A DNA stretch of 64,000 bases from Candidatus Woesearchaeota archaeon. Its GTDB lineage: Archaea > Nanobdellota > Nanobdellia > Woesearchaeales > GW2011-AR9. Each line of letters opens with the position of its first letter. Position 1 is the stretch's first letter. The notes under the pieces are model-generated. The model saw only the letters and a program-made list of their open reading frames with translations, did not search any database and was not told the DNA's origin. The DNA lies in NCBI GenBank assembly GCA_018696595.1, contig JABHQW010000008.1:160001-224000 (forward strand), given 5' to 3'. Shown in pieces: positions 28,901 to 40,000 of this stretch. The position numbers were made by a program, and so were the translations under genes.

Positions 28901-31900
28901 TGACAAACGATTTTGTAATCTGCAGAATAAGTTCCTTCAATAAATCCACTAACTTTTTCAGTCTGGTGAACTTTTCCTTCGGAATCGCTAATAAAATCAG
29001 CAACTTTTTCATTCGTTGCAGTTAAATAAAGTCCACAACTAGTTCCAGCAACAGTCTCTGCCTTAAATGCAATTTTAGTTTCAGCAACAGCACCATACAA
29101 TTCAGGATAAATAATGTCAATTCTTTCTTCTAAATCAAAAGTATAACTTTCATTTTTAGTATTCTCATTACCTTGGTCATCTACACAAGTAACATTTAAA
29201 TTAAACTTGATACCATTTAAATTATCAAATTCTACTTCTTTCAATTCTTTTTCTCTTGGAACTACTAATTTCTTTGTCTCACCTAATGGTAAAATTTGTT
29301 GTAAAGTAAAAGTACAAGCCATGATTTCATTAGTATCTTCCAAATAAACGGCTAAATTGGTTATGTCATCAATAGTTTCAATCTGATCTTTAATAGTAAA
29401 CTCTGGTTTAACATTGTCAACAAAAACAAAAGTTTCCTGAACATTCTCCTGATTAAAGAATTTATCTGTTGAATAATATTTAAGTTTGTAAGTTTCTCCT
29501 TGAATTTGGTGACCCAATAAAAACGTTGAATTAGTTAAATCAACTGTTAAAGTTTCTTCGGTTTTTTTCCCAGGATAAGCAAGTTCAATAAATGGACTTT
29601 CTCCAGCTTCTGTAAAACATTTATCTTGAGCAATATCAGTTAAACAATAACTTACCGTCCCCATAAAACTTCTTTGATTTCCAAAATCATGATAGTTATC
29701 ATCACCATAAAAAGTTACTTCTGGAGTAGCATAAGAGATTACATTGACACCTTCTGGCAAGATTTTTGTTTTTGGTGAAGAATGGTCCAACTTACAAGAT
29801 TCTGCTTCCCCACTAGCTAAGAAGATTTCACAGTCACTAACCTTGTCACCATTCCCATCTTTAACACAACCATTCTTACTAAATCCATTACTTGGCCCAG
29901 TCCAAAGACATTTTCCCCAACCACAACGGTCATGAGATGATGTTATTTCCCCATAAATATTTGTATCGAAATCTTGTCCGCCATCATTTCCACCATTACA
30001 TTCTAACTCAGTGTTGTAAGCATAACAATTACTTTCAATATTAGGACTATCACCACAACTTGCACAAAAATCTAAATCGTAAGCAGAGAAACATTCTCCC
30101 AAGCCAGAACAAACTTCAGCAGTACAATAATAATTTTCAAAAATGGAAACTTTAGGGCTACATAAGCCACATTTATCATCATCAGAATAATCTTTTTCCA
30201 CACAATATCCCGCTCCGGTTTCAGGAGTTACAAAATCATTAGGTAAATTTATGTTAGTATAATCTACAAGTGCACTATCCTCTGCTCCGTTAACCCAAGC
30301 ACATTCAGTACCTAAACAATTATTAATTTCACAGGCATCTTTACTTTGATAATCAAAACAATTTTGCATTTCTTGATCAGAACAATCTTTACATTGATCA
30401 ACCGCGGTTTCAGTAAAATCAAAATAACAATAATTTGGAGCTCCTTCTAAAGGATTACTTGTCCCATAACAAGATTCTTCGTTATAGTATAAACCAAACG
30501 GATCTGCTTGTTGGAAAATCATTCCGCAGCCACCCGCATTTTTACAATCTGCTTCTCCAAAATTTATTTGAGCACAATAATGGGTTTCACTTTTAACGTT
30601 ACAATCAAACGTTGGATCTAATTCATTATTTTCATCACAACTGTAAATTGTTTTTCTTTTCTCATCATTTCCCACTAAACAAAAGGTATCCCATTCTGCT
30701 GTTATTGGTTGATAACGATTTTCACAAAGTTCATTTCCCACACTAACAGAAACTTCAACCGCTGCTTCTTCCTCTTTTGGAGATTGTCTGCCGTTATAAT
30801 AAGTAATAATTTCATAAGTATAAGTGTTACCCCATTCAACGTCAGTATCGATTACACTTGTTTCAGAAGGGGAAACATGTAATGGTTCTATTTCTTCACC
30901 ATTCAACAACTTTTTAATTTCATAACCAATAACTTCTGGACAAGGTTTTGCCCATTCTAATTTTATTTGTTTTTTACCTAATACTGGAGAACCAAAAAAA
31001 TCCTCGGCGGGTTTTTCTGTTCCTAGTTCTGTACAAATTCCAATGTAAACTGTCAATAACAAATCCTGGTTCTCTAAAACTTCGTTAGGAGAGATTTTAA
31101 ATGATTGTTCATCTAATTTATAATTTTGATAAATTGCAGATAAGTCATACTCTTGTTCCTCTGCTGTCTCATTCAAATCTATATTAATGTTGTAAGAACC
31201 ACCTGGGAATTTAGAATTTACTTTAAACACGCCATCTAAATAAATTTGTGCCCCATAAACTGTTGAATCCGCCGCATCAATAACTTTATTGTTGTTTGAA
31301 TCAAGATAAACTTTACCTGAAACAGAAGTTGCTGCAGATTCTTTTAAAATAAAATTTAATATTTCTGTTCCTGGAATTGTAACGGAAAGTGGTTTTTCTT
31401 CTTTATCATGACCAATTTTACTGGCAGAAATAAGATATTCTCCGATTGGTAAAGCAGGTATTTTGTATTGTCCCGTGGTGTCTGTAATTACAGTTCCACT
31501 TACTGGACCTTGCCAAGAAATAGTTGCCTGATCCAATGGTTGATTATCAAGAGAAGTTATTTTTCCACTAACCTCATAAATTCCTTCTGATTTTTCTAAA
31601 ACAATTACTTCTTCAATTACTTCTCCAGGAGCAAGAGAAACGACTAAAAATCCAGGATAATAATCTTTCATAGTAACTTCAATCGAATAGCTTCCTGGAT
31701 TAAGTGCTGAAAAAGTGTGATCCCCAGAATCACCTGTTGTTCCTTCATGGGTTGTTCCAGATAAAACTACTTTTGCACCAAGGATTGCGCCCCCTGCATT
31801 ATCTTCAACAATTACTTTAAGCTCAACAGGTTCAAGATCAATACCACAATAAAGATTATTACAAGTATTAGCATCCATCCCAGTAGGATTATCAAAAAAT

Positions 31901-32394
31901 ATTAAACTTGGTTCAAATACACCCAATTTAGTTGCTTTGTCATAACATTCAAATTTCAACAAATTAAATTGACAAAAGTCTTTTCCTTCGATCTTACAAC
32001 AACCAGGATTACACCATTCTGTAATTTTTTCGTCAACAACTTCTTCCCCACCTAAATAATCACATTTTCCTTTTGATTTCAATTGACAATCAACATTACA
32101 AGTAATTTTTTGACAAATTTCTAATTCAGAACAATCTGAGCCCGGAACAAAATGTTGAGTTAAATCACAATCTTGATAATACTGGCAATCTTCTTGTGCA
32201 TCTTCATTAGGTATTTCTCCAGTACAATATAAATCATCACTAGCTTCTGGATAAATGTAACATCCTCCTAAAAGTTGGGGTTGACCAGGATCAAGAGGTT
32301 CATCACCATTTTCTGTTAAAATTCCTGGAATAGAGAAAAGTAGTAAGAATAAAGCTAAGACTACAAAAATCGAACCTCTTTTTTTAATTATCAT
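25912..32394 (-). CDS. giant (2160 aa) single-pass surface adhesin-like protein
   Basis: Signal MIIKKRGSIFVVL; Cys-rich N-domain; carboxypeptidase-regulatory/SdrD-B-like repeats (TDTTGQYKIPALPIGEYLISASK; VSGKVYLDSNNN); FN3-like domain; Cys-containing Ig-like repeats; DSDGDGVSD and DTDGDGLPDYWE Ca-binding motifs; TM LLAIIFLILGLLMIIGG; basic cytoplasmic tail. Confidence 0.85.
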   Translation of the reverse strand: MIIKKRGSIFVVLALFLLLFSIPGILTENGDEPLDPGQPQLLGGCYIYPEASDDLYCTGEIPNEDAQEDCQYYQDCDLTQHFVPGSDCSELEICQKITCNVDCQLKSKGKCDYLGGEEVVDEKITEWCNPGCCKIEGKDFCQFNLLKFECYDKATKLGVFEPSLIFFDNPTGMDANTCNNLYCGIDLEPVELKVIVEDNAGGAILGAKVVLSGTTHEGTTGDSGDHTFSALNPGSYSIEVTMKDYYPGFLVVSLAPGEVIEEVIVLEKSEGIYEVSGKITSLDNQPLDQATISWQGPVSGTVITDTTGQYKIPALPIGEYLISASKIGHDKEEKPLSVTIPGTEILNFILKESAATSVSGKVYLDSNNNKVIDAADSTVYGAQIYLDGVFKVNSKFPGGSYNINIDLNETAEEQEYDLSAIYQNYKLDEQSFKISPNEVLENQDLLLTVYIGICTELGTEKPAEDFFGSPVLGKKQIKLEWAKPCPEVIGYEIKKLLNGEEIEPLHVSPSETSVIDTDVEWGNTYTYEIITYYNGRQSPKEEEAAVEVSVSVGNELCENRYQPITAEWDTFCLVGNDEKRKTIYSCDENNELDPTFDCNVKSETHYCAQINFGEADCKNAGGCGMIFQQADPFGLYYNEESCYGTSNPLEGAPNYCYFDFTETAVDQCKDCSDQEMQNCFDYQSKDACEINNCLGTECAWVNGAEDSALVDYTNINLPNDFVTPETGAGYCVEKDYSDDDKCGLCSPKVSIFENYYCTAEVCSGLGECFSAYDLDFCASCGDSPNIESNCYAYNTELECNGGNDGGQDFDTNIYGEITSSHDRCGWGKCLWTGPSNGFSKNGCVKDGNGDKVSDCEIFLASGEAESCKLDHSSPKTKILPEGVNVISYATPEVTFYGDDNYHDFGNQRSFMGTVSYCLTDIAQDKCFTEAGESPFIELAYPGKKTEETLTVDLTNSTFLLGHQIQGETYKLKYYSTDKFFNQENVQETFVFVDNVKPEFTIKDQIETIDDITNLAVYLEDTNEIMACTFTLQQILPLGETKKLVVPREKELKEVEFDNLNGIKFNLNVTCVDDQGNENTKNESYTFDLEERIDIIYPELYGAVAETKIAFKAETVAGTSCGLYLTATNEKVADFISDSEGKVHQTEKVSGFIEGTYSADYKIVCQELFNETEVYEDYYNFVVDFTPPNVQVTLTEGSRPDVKPTVFNWEEYFIEYANVDFSCMAEGFDCANILYCLGEDCDFINNAEYSEYSSTLELIESTRICYYAVDKADNPVYQPMCGDILIEGYGITLELPELHYYLEGQWGISNKPIFDWQFFTRAPTIECRFDFTSDFDYGAVASHKIREINGKGKYLFESFPESVFTTYPDTCFGDNCIKTVYVKCKDYDQVIGPEQIIYLEYDPTAPKVIDAYANPDEVFEGTITELNVETDDKTLCKYSENSEGQGIDQFLDMEYSFPGMEEKELNFFHLSVFNINFAGPTKEYNLLTQCKNGAGDLSEVEEIDFIVDYSKLGFIIEGSLLPSGYVQGNNITLSVETSKDAFCEYDLLGAGYVPFTEGENTQIHSSPITISEEKDYLIPVKCVMGDHTAYGEIKFTFDVTAPQITNVEDGNLTCGSDYVNVMVYTTESNISSYYYEVYDLGQDSETKQKVEEEEKSGSTGTSWSDYYQQQKNLNNASAENNKINTENDNGTEQTTFASKNLVLSGELGPDLPLKIPTKDLVKSNNYKVKVRAIDAAGNEGDFAESDGVLIVSNNYSVCQQDKDAPVIKFQINDSSCNKVEVEMVCEDSIGCQDFLYGKHPSSKFCDLNKTYAGQKISLFKTSWICYYVEDNMGNNHTDEKKIVFSDSDGDGVSDSCDECKESDPGETVNELGCADGEVPESQKKIDTDGDGLPDYWEKNYDTVGCLLSFANEDSNDNGVTDNFEDYDEDSYSNYEEYISGYNPCLADAPPVVEEDEEVDKEIPDYSAPADKGSFLDLLAIIFLILGLLMIIGGSGYLIYYYFYSPTAQKGAVQSGVKRTNYGKPVTVAGTRSNVTTKKPLFVGWKDKLLQLKKSRGQKLDQRKRQEVFGKFGKNSKKIPHVDRFLSKKAPHLNKLQDLATTYTKHKETIKPGLRKEEKSIFNKLESIAKKTQNKDIKTVVKKEEAKDIFSDLKKISKKRKK

Positions 32395-32459
32395 TATACT
32401 TTAATAAGGAATAAATCTTTTTGATTTATAAATATTCCTAATAAGGTCAATAATTTAAT

Positions 32460-33686
32460 TCATTTATTTACTTTATTAGCAAGAGCTTTAAGCTCAGAAA
32501 TAGTATCTTTTGTTTTTTTATCACTATTTTTAGACGATAATGAGGTGTTTTTCTTTAAATCTTCTATATTTATGAAATTTTCTTCTTTTGATTTGGTTAA
32601 TTGTTCCAATTTTTTAATTGCTGAAACATCTTGCTTAGTAATCTCTTTTGGATGATACTTAAGTTTTCTTTCGTAAGAACCAACTAACTTTTTCAAATCC
32701 TTAATCTTTTTCTGTTTCTTTCCAAGAGTCAGTTTCTTAGAATAACCAAACTCGTTTAGAAGTTCTGAACGATGAAATTCTTCAATTTTATGTTTTCTTT
32801 CTTTTGATTTTTTAAATATAATTTTTCTTAATTTTGAGTTAGATCTGAAAGGTAGCAAAACAGTTTTTAATGTTTTTAAAGATCTACTCTTTTCTTTTTT
32901 TCTCCTCGTTAAAAAGACAATTTTAAAAAAGTTAATGATTGCATTTAACGCATTCTTAATTTCTTTTGGTTTTTTGTAAAAATATATTACTAAGCCTACA
33001 AAAATTAGCCCAATTAGTAAAATCCAGGGCCAATTGTTTTTTTCATTTTCTAAATCTGTTGGTAATAACTCTTGATCTTTTTCATCTAAATCAGTTCCAA
33101 AATCAAGTTTGCTCAAAGTAACAATTTCATTATCATCTTTCGCAGAAACATCTTCAAAAGTTAAAATAGAACCAATAAGTGGATTCAAATATTCCTCTTG
33201 AACACAAAAATTAAGACATTGTGCTTCTTTTTTGTTTAAATCAAAACTGAAAGTAATTGCATCCTTATTTCTTGCTTCTGTTTCGCAACTTGCCTTATTC
33301 TCTTTGTAATTACAATAATTATTTTGATAATACTCAAAATAACAACAACCAGAATTACACCATTGATCTTTCTCTGTAATTAATATTTCTCCTCCAAAAC
33401 ATTTTCCGGCAACTTCTTTTTGACAATTGTCTTTACATAAAATCACTTTACATTCTGGAAATGTTTCTTTTTTTATACAACTTTCTTCTAAATGAAAAAC
33501 ATTATTCAGGGCACAATCTTCATACAATAAACACTCTGCTTCTGCTTTTTCCTCACTTAGATCTGAACAATAAAATGGACTTTCAGAATAAAGAAAACAG
33601 CCTGATTGGGCTAAAGTAAGAGTCATAGAAAATAAAATAGATAAAATTAAAACGAGCATTAAAATAAATCTTTTCTTAGTTTTCAT
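32460..33686 (-). CDS. single-pass membrane protein; short paralogue of the 2160-aa protein
   Basis: Signal peptide; Cys-rich N-domain with WCNSGCC; TM WPWILLIGLIFVGLVIYFY; basic tail. Confidence 0.75.
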   Translation of the reverse strand: MKTKKRFILMLVLILSILFSMTLTLAQSGCFLYSESPFYCSDLSEEKAEAECLLYEDCALNNVFHLEESCIKKETFPECKVILCKDNCQKEVAGKCFGGEILITEKDQWCNSGCCYFEYYQNNYCNYKENKASCETEARNKDAITFSFDLNKKEAQCLNFCVQEEYLNPLIGSILTFEDVSAKDDNEIVTLSKLDFGTDLDEKDQELLPTDLENEKNNWPWILLIGLIFVGLVIYFYKKPKEIKNALNAIINFFKIVFLTRRKKEKSRSLKTLKTVLLPFRSNSKLRKIIFKKSKERKHKIEEFHRSELLNEFGYSKKLTLGKKQKKIKDLKKLVGSYERKLKYHPKEITKQDVSAIKKLEQLTKSKEENFINIEDLKKNTSLSSKNSDKKTKDTISELKALANKVNK

Positions 33687-33708
33687 TTTTACTTAGTTTT
33701 CATTTTTA

Positions 33709-36700
33709 TTAACTACACACTTTATTTTTACAAGATTGAGGTTGTGGACAAATAGTATGTTCCGGATAAGCCCCATTTGCACTACAAGTAAATGATAATA
33801 AATTTTTGTAATCTTCCCACCAAGGATAATCTCCATATTTGGTTTCACCATCTTTAACTGCTTCTTTTATATCTTCAATCTGTTGATTTATCTTTTTCTT
33901 AGCGTCCTTTCCCAAATCATCGTAACAATATTTTTGGTCAGGCACACATAATTGTTCTGCAGATTCTACACATTTTCCCCCTGAACAAGCTTCTGGACAA
34001 GTTTCAATAGTTTTTGTAGACTTGCCATCAGAACTACACTGTATCACTTGATTTCCTTGACAAGAAAGTTCATTTGGTGTGCAAAGTGAAATTTCAATTG
34101 TATCTGGATCTAAAAGAACACCATTAACAAGACAGCCATAATCTACTGCTGAAGTTGAAGCCCCTTGAGGTACCGCCCCACAAGTTCCTACTTCGGCTGC
34201 AGGCAAGTAAAGGCACCCTTTTCCAATATCTAGTTCATTGTTACATGTCCGACAAGCATCTCCTTCGTCACCAGTTTTTCCATTATCATTGTCATCAACC
34301 ACAAAAGTCCTACAAACTTTCTCGCAACCTAATGTTCCATGACACCACCTTTGCTCATTAATATGTAAACTAAAAGGTTTTTCATTTTCACAACTTGGCG
34401 CAACTTTATTACAAGAACTATAACTTGAATCTCCACATTTATTAAAAGAAGTCCATTCCTTTTTTTCTTCCCCACCACAAATATTTCCTCTTTTACCATC
34501 ACAATAAGCTTTGCTAATTTGTTCTTCCAATAAATACCCTGAACCATAACCTAACGCTTGATCAGACCCACCAAAACAACCCAATTCTGGCTCGCTTTCA
34601 TAACATATGGTCCCGTTCAATAAAGTCCAAGTTGTTGAGTCACAACACGCATGAGTAGCTAAGAAAGGATTAATTGCCGTTTCACCAGTATAATTGTTTA
34701 AATCGGTTTTATTTGTAGGGGTTAAACCATAAGTGTTTTCATGTTTAGGCCAAGGCCAAGGATGCTTTGGGTTTTCATGAGGAATACATTCTGCAACTCT
34801 AATTTTAACTTGTTTAGAGTCACTCTTTTCATTTCCTGAACAATAATCCATACTAAAAGAAATGTTCAATTCTCCTTGTGTAGTTACTTCTTGAAATCTT
34901 GGATACATAAAAGTTTCATCTTGCAAATGTTCCGGCCAAAGTTTTATGTAATCAGAAAAAAGTTCTAATTGACAAATTCCTCCCACATCAAAAGGTAAGT
35001 TTACGCACCTCTCCTGGTTTGCTAATGTATTGTAATCCCCATCAGAATCAAACAAAGAAATAGAAAATTTTTCAACCGGACTAGAATAATCCATAATAAT
35101 TTCTGGATTTATCTCTAACTCAGAGTCTCCGGGGTAACTAATATTAATAAAAATAGGATCTTCATTAGAGATCGTATAAGTGTTAGGGTTAGCAGCCATT
35201 ACTTCACGATAAGGTTTACCATAAATAATGTAAGGTAACCACAACGAATAATTAATTTCCATGGGCCTATCAACAAGAACCCTTATTTTTTGCCAATCAC
35301 TAATTCCATGTTCATCTGTGGCTCTGGCAGTTACTTCATAGAACCCTGTATCGCCAATATCTTTTGGATCAACATAAATCCCTGGTTGTTGTTTAACTAC
35401 CCCCAGATCAAAAGAAGCGTCTTCAAAATAGTAATTTATTTTATCTTCATCTGGATCTAAAGCGCAAAGATTCATTTCAATTGCACCCAGATTATCATTT
35501 TCAAAATCTAAACAACTTTCAGTGATTTCTTTGTCTTCTTCTATTAAAAACCCAGTACCAATCACCTCTATATTTTCTGTAATTGGTTCAGGGGGATCAT
35601 AAATGGTTATAGTGCCTACACCATCAGAAGGCTCAGGGATAAAAATCTCACTAACAACAATTAGTTGGGCAGATTGTGTTCCCTCTTTGGAAGGTTCAAA
35701 AATAACTTCTGTTAATTTAATTTCTTCAGGTTCTAATATAAAAGGAACAAAATCAATAACTTTAAAATCGTTATTGTCAGAAGAGATAGAGATTATCATT
35801 AAAGGAAGACCTCCAGTATTGGAATTTTTAATAGAAAATGTTTCTCCGCCAGAAAATGACTGTTCCTCTTTCTGATAATCTTTGATAACCAAATAATCAT
35901 AACCATATTCTGTACAAGCATCCCTTTCAACATAATCTAAAGCAGGGGGTCGATTTTTTCTTGCAACTCTAAATTGATAAAATCCCGGTTTGTTAAGTAT
36001 TTTGGGAGAACTAAATGTGTAAATGTCATCGCCATTAATTTCCTCTTGAACCATTTTTATTCCTAAAGAACCATATTTATCAAAAAACAAAGACCCGTTG
36101 CATAAATAATAATCTTTGTTAGGGACACAATTCTCATTTTTACTTCCGTAAGTAAAAAAGGGACTTTTCAAAGTTTCTTCTGTGTAATTAAAATCTAAAT
36201 ACTTCCAATCATATAACATTGGGCGAGTAACCGCAGATTCTAATAACCATTTAAATTGGGTGGGATAAAAAAAATCAAATGTTGACAAATGAAAAAATTC
36301 TTCTTTTCCTATTGTAAATTTGAGAGGATATTCAGCTTTAATGTCTATACCATCATTAATTATCTCTAACTTAAGATCCATTTTTGTTCCTTTAATTATT
36401 GCCTTGTTTGAAATATTAGCTTTAGTATAATTTGCTACGCACCAAATTGTTCGATTAATTAAAAAGCGTTTCAAATCATTCTTCACTGCATTAATTGTTA
36501 ACTCTCCAAAACCCAGTTTCACATTAGGGAATTTATATTGACAAAATTCGGGATTATTGGTTTCATTATCACAAGGATAAGCATTACTATTATTCAAATA
36601 ATCGCTCCTAGTTATTCCGTAAGCAATACGATTTTCATTTTTATCGCCCGAATAATATAATCCAGTTACGTTATTAGAAAATTTCCTTGTTCCTCCTGGT

Positions 36701-36987
36701 TGATCATCCCAAATTCTTCCTTGTTGCCCTAAAAGAATTAATCCTCGCTCTAATTCGTCACTTAAACAATCTTCAACATAAATTCGCATTGCTTCTTTTT
36801 TGAAAGCTTTTCCGTAAACATCTTCCTGTGCTTGTTCTAATTGTCCTTTCTTAAGACTGTTTGAGAGAGTTATTAGAGATAGAAAAACAAAAAGAATTAG
36901 TAAACCAACAATCATAAATATAGTTATCTGTGCTTTCCTGTTCTTACAAATAGTTCCATCTACCTCTTTTTTACCCATACTATACAA
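33709..36987 (-). CDS. large pilin-like surface protein (about 1090 aa) with an inserted ASH/choice-of-anchor-D-like Ig domain and Cys-rich C-terminus
   Basis: NRKA/QITIFMIVGLLILFVF; N-domain paralogous to the 1971-3983 protein; FSIKNSNTGGLPLMIISISSDNNDF...FEPSKEGTQSAQLIV; start may be the ATG at 36978 (MGKK). Confidence 0.75.
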   Translation of the reverse strand: MYSMGKKEVDGTICKNRKAQITIFMIVGLLILFVFLSLITLSNSLKKGQLEQAQEDVYGKAFKKEAMRIYVEDCLSDELERGLILLGQQGRIWDDQPGGTRKFSNNVTGLYYSGDKNENRIAYGITRSDYLNNSNAYPCDNETNNPEFCQYKFPNVKLGFGELTINAVKNDLKRFLINRTIWCVANYTKANISNKAIIKGTKMDLKLEIINDGIDIKAEYPLKFTIGKEEFFHLSTFDFFYPTQFKWLLESAVTRPMLYDWKYLDFNYTEETLKSPFFTYGSKNENCVPNKDYYLCNGSLFFDKYGSLGIKMVQEEINGDDIYTFSSPKILNKPGFYQFRVARKNRPPALDYVERDACTEYGYDYLVIKDYQKEEQSFSGGETFSIKNSNTGGLPLMIISISSDNNDFKVIDFVPFILEPEEIKLTEVIFEPSKEGTQSAQLIVVSEIFIPEPSDGVGTITIYDPPEPITENIEVIGTGFLIEEDKEITESCLDFENDNLGAIEMNLCALDPDEDKINYYFEDASFDLGVVKQQPGIYVDPKDIGDTGFYEVTARATDEHGISDWQKIRVLVDRPMEINYSLWLPYIIYGKPYREVMAANPNTYTISNEDPIFINISYPGDSELEINPEIIMDYSSPVEKFSISLFDSDGDYNTLANQERCVNLPFDVGGICQLELFSDYIKLWPEHLQDETFMYPRFQEVTTQGELNISFSMDYCSGNEKSDSKQVKIRVAECIPHENPKHPWPWPKHENTYGLTPTNKTDLNNYTGETAINPFLATHACCDSTTWTLLNGTICYESEPELGCFGGSDQALGYGSGYLLEEQISKAYCDGKRGNICGGEEKKEWTSFNKCGDSSYSSCNKVAPSCENEKPFSLHINEQRWCHGTLGCEKVCRTFVVDDNDNGKTGDEGDACRTCNNELDIGKGCLYLPAAEVGTCGAVPQGASTSAVDYGCLVNGVLLDPDTIEISLCTPNELSCQGNQVIQCSSDGKSTKTIETCPEACSGGKCVESAEQLCVPDQKYCYDDLGKDAKKKINQQIEDIKEAVKDGETKYGDYPWWEDYKNLLSFTCSANGAYPEHTICPQPQSCKNKVCS

Positions 36988-37031
36988 TATAAATATAATT
37001 ATCCTTATAAAAGTTACTTAAAAGAAAATAG

Positions 37032-40000
37032 TTAACTCATTCTCATCTTGCCAGTTAATTGGGGCCAGAAATAATCTAAAGGTTCTTGATGGGGACTTAC
37101 AATTTCAACTTTAACTTTATCAGAACTTGTTTGATTGTTTACAACAGCAAGCCCGCAAGACAATTTCTTAACGCCCGAAAGGATTTCTTGTAATTCTACA
37201 TCTAATTCAATAACAGGTGGAACCTTATTGTAAACATCCACATAATCACAAATCGGTGTTTGGAAGTTTTCATATTCTGCAACTAAAGTTTTGTTGTTTG
37301 CGAAAAACTCTTGCATTGCACTAACTTTTTTATTCCCATTACTTAATAAATATAATTCATTAAAGTTTTTAGCCTTAGCAATAAATCCTTGTTGGCCAGA
37401 TAACTCATTTTCAATCCCAAATAAATCTTTAAACCAATCAGCAATTTTCTTTCCTAAAGATGGATCAACATTAATCCCTTCTTTTCCAAAAATTACAATC
37501 TTTTTGCTTGGTTCATACCACAAATCTGCATCATCAAATAAATCCAAACCACTTAAATCACATTTAATAAAACCTTCTTCACCAGTTCCTTGACAAACTT
37601 CTTCCACATTCATCCCAGGCACCCCTAAAGCTATAAGGAATGAATTAGTGCCAGAAATATTTCTATTCAATGTTGTTGCAAAAGCTACTTTATCTCCTCC
37701 TTTAAATTTAAGTACACAAACATTATTGATGCAAGAATTGTCTTGATCAGGAATTAATCTATTTAAGTCCCCATCACCACCAATCGGATGACAAATCTTA
37801 ATCTCTTTATCTTGATTACCAGTGTCTCCTATTTCAAGACTAATGTCTTTAGTTTCTGCTTCATCTGTCCCGTATCCGCCCGTTCCACCTAATTGCCCAT
37901 CTTTATACTCATATTCTAATAAAGCATCTCGATATTCTGTACAGTACAAGACAAAATCATCATTTTCAGAAACTTCAATCAACTTTGAAGCCGCAAATTT
38001 TGTTCTTGAAGTCCAATTACCGCTCTCGCAGTAATGATCAAAAATATATTCTTCATCATTAATACAAGTTGGAGCATCCCCTAAATAGAAATCATCAGCA
38101 GAATTATCTGGAAGTCCTTCATTAGTTACAAAACATTGACTTAAGTCACTACAAAAACCCCACCTATCAAAGTTCCAATCCCACTTTAATGGAAGATGTT
38201 TCCATTCCCCATCAATACAACGGTAATCTCTTCCCAAATCAACATGTTCTGCTAATTGACCATATTGTGAATCCACCATTGATTCGACACAAGCGTAACC
38301 ATTCCAACAGTGATCTTCTGGACAACAAGCTAATCCGCTTCTTTCTCTCTCCTCAAACGGTTCATAATTATAGCTGGCGGCACCTAAACCATCATCTAAT
38401 TGTAACATTGGATCTTTTAAGATCCCGGGACCAAAAAATTCTAATCTTAAGTAAGAATATTCTTTAGTTTCTTTAATTTCTGCTGTTTTTTCATTAAACT
38501 CAATAACTTCACTTTCGCCATCTTTATCAACAAGAGTAATAGAGTAAGATAATTCAAGACTTCCATTATGAGTAAAAATTAAACTTGAATTTTTAGGAAT
38601 AGCAATCCTTTCTGAACGTAAGGTTTCTTGATCTTCCAATTTCACTGAAGCATCCGAGATATTAATTTTACCTTTTTCACTATCATCGACTTCGCCATCC
38701 AACAATATTTCCCAATGAGCAAGTTGAACTCCATCTTTTTCAAACATAGCATTGGAAATAAAATTCCTCGCTGGAAGAACTTTAGCAGTTTCGTTTCTTT
38801 CTTTTGCTGTAAATGCTGGTTCGGCAGGTTTTAAATTTAGTATTAAACTGGAAAAGTAATTATCTATATCTTCTGATTCTGAAGGGACTATTTCATAACC
38901 CACTTCTGTTATTCCAGTTGTATCCCAAGAATTAATTACTGTATATTTTTCATTTCCTGGTAATTCTTTTGTTACAGAAGGTGCACAGAAATGTCCTCCT
39001 TTGGTTGAACAATAATCTAGATTGTTACCATCTGAAGGGATTTTATTTTCTCCTTCTAATGAAACTGTTGCTTGACAACCAAAGAATCCAGCCTCGTCAC
39101 TAAATTCGTAATCTTCTCCGGGACTAACAAATATTACTTGTTGAGCTACTTTTCTTACTATAATGTTTCCTGGTTCGGTAAAAGTTTTTTGTTCAGAAAT
39201 ATATTCTTCATCCATTTTTCCCGTTGCCTGGTTAAAGGTTAAATAATAGAGTTCGTAAAGTTCAGAATTAGGATTAGTAATAGTAATTTCCTCCTCTGGA
39301 ATTCCTGGAACAGGATAAATACATTCTGGTTTGTCACAAGGAAAACTAAAAAGTTTTTCATCTCCAACAAAATTAGTGATTTCATCAAACTCATAAAACT
39401 CTTCATTTATTTCTGCCATGATATAAATTTCTGTATTTTCGTAAGGTAGATCATCTGCAACCAACTCTTTAATATCTCCATCAGAGTCACCATTTAACGG
39501 TTCGTAAAAATAAAACTCAACTGGATTTTCTTCATCAGAGATTAATTCTGCTTGAAATAATTCATATTGGTTGTAAGTAATTGGTTCACCCACCATTACT
39601 GGAGATTCTTCTATAGAAAAAGAAACAGATCTTGTTTCTGATTCAATTATTTCTGTCTCACATTCTGAAAGTATATAATTCTCTTCAACATAGTTTTCTA
39701 AATCCTCGCAAGTAAAATCATCTAATCCATCACGTAGCTCATCGAAACCATCCTCAACTAAATAACAAGAAGATTTTTCATAAACTTCTTGACCATTACA
39801 AAGAGGATACTCTAAACAAGACCAATAACTTTTTGCAGAGTCGCCATAACCCCACCATAACGGTGTTTTTTCTAATTCTCCCCAATAATTGGAACTTCCA
39901 AAAATAGGGCCATTATCTATTAAATAATTACCATCCGAATCCTCATCACACTTAAGATGCGTCTCTTTAATTGTTACGTCTGCTTTAATGGGCTTATGAA

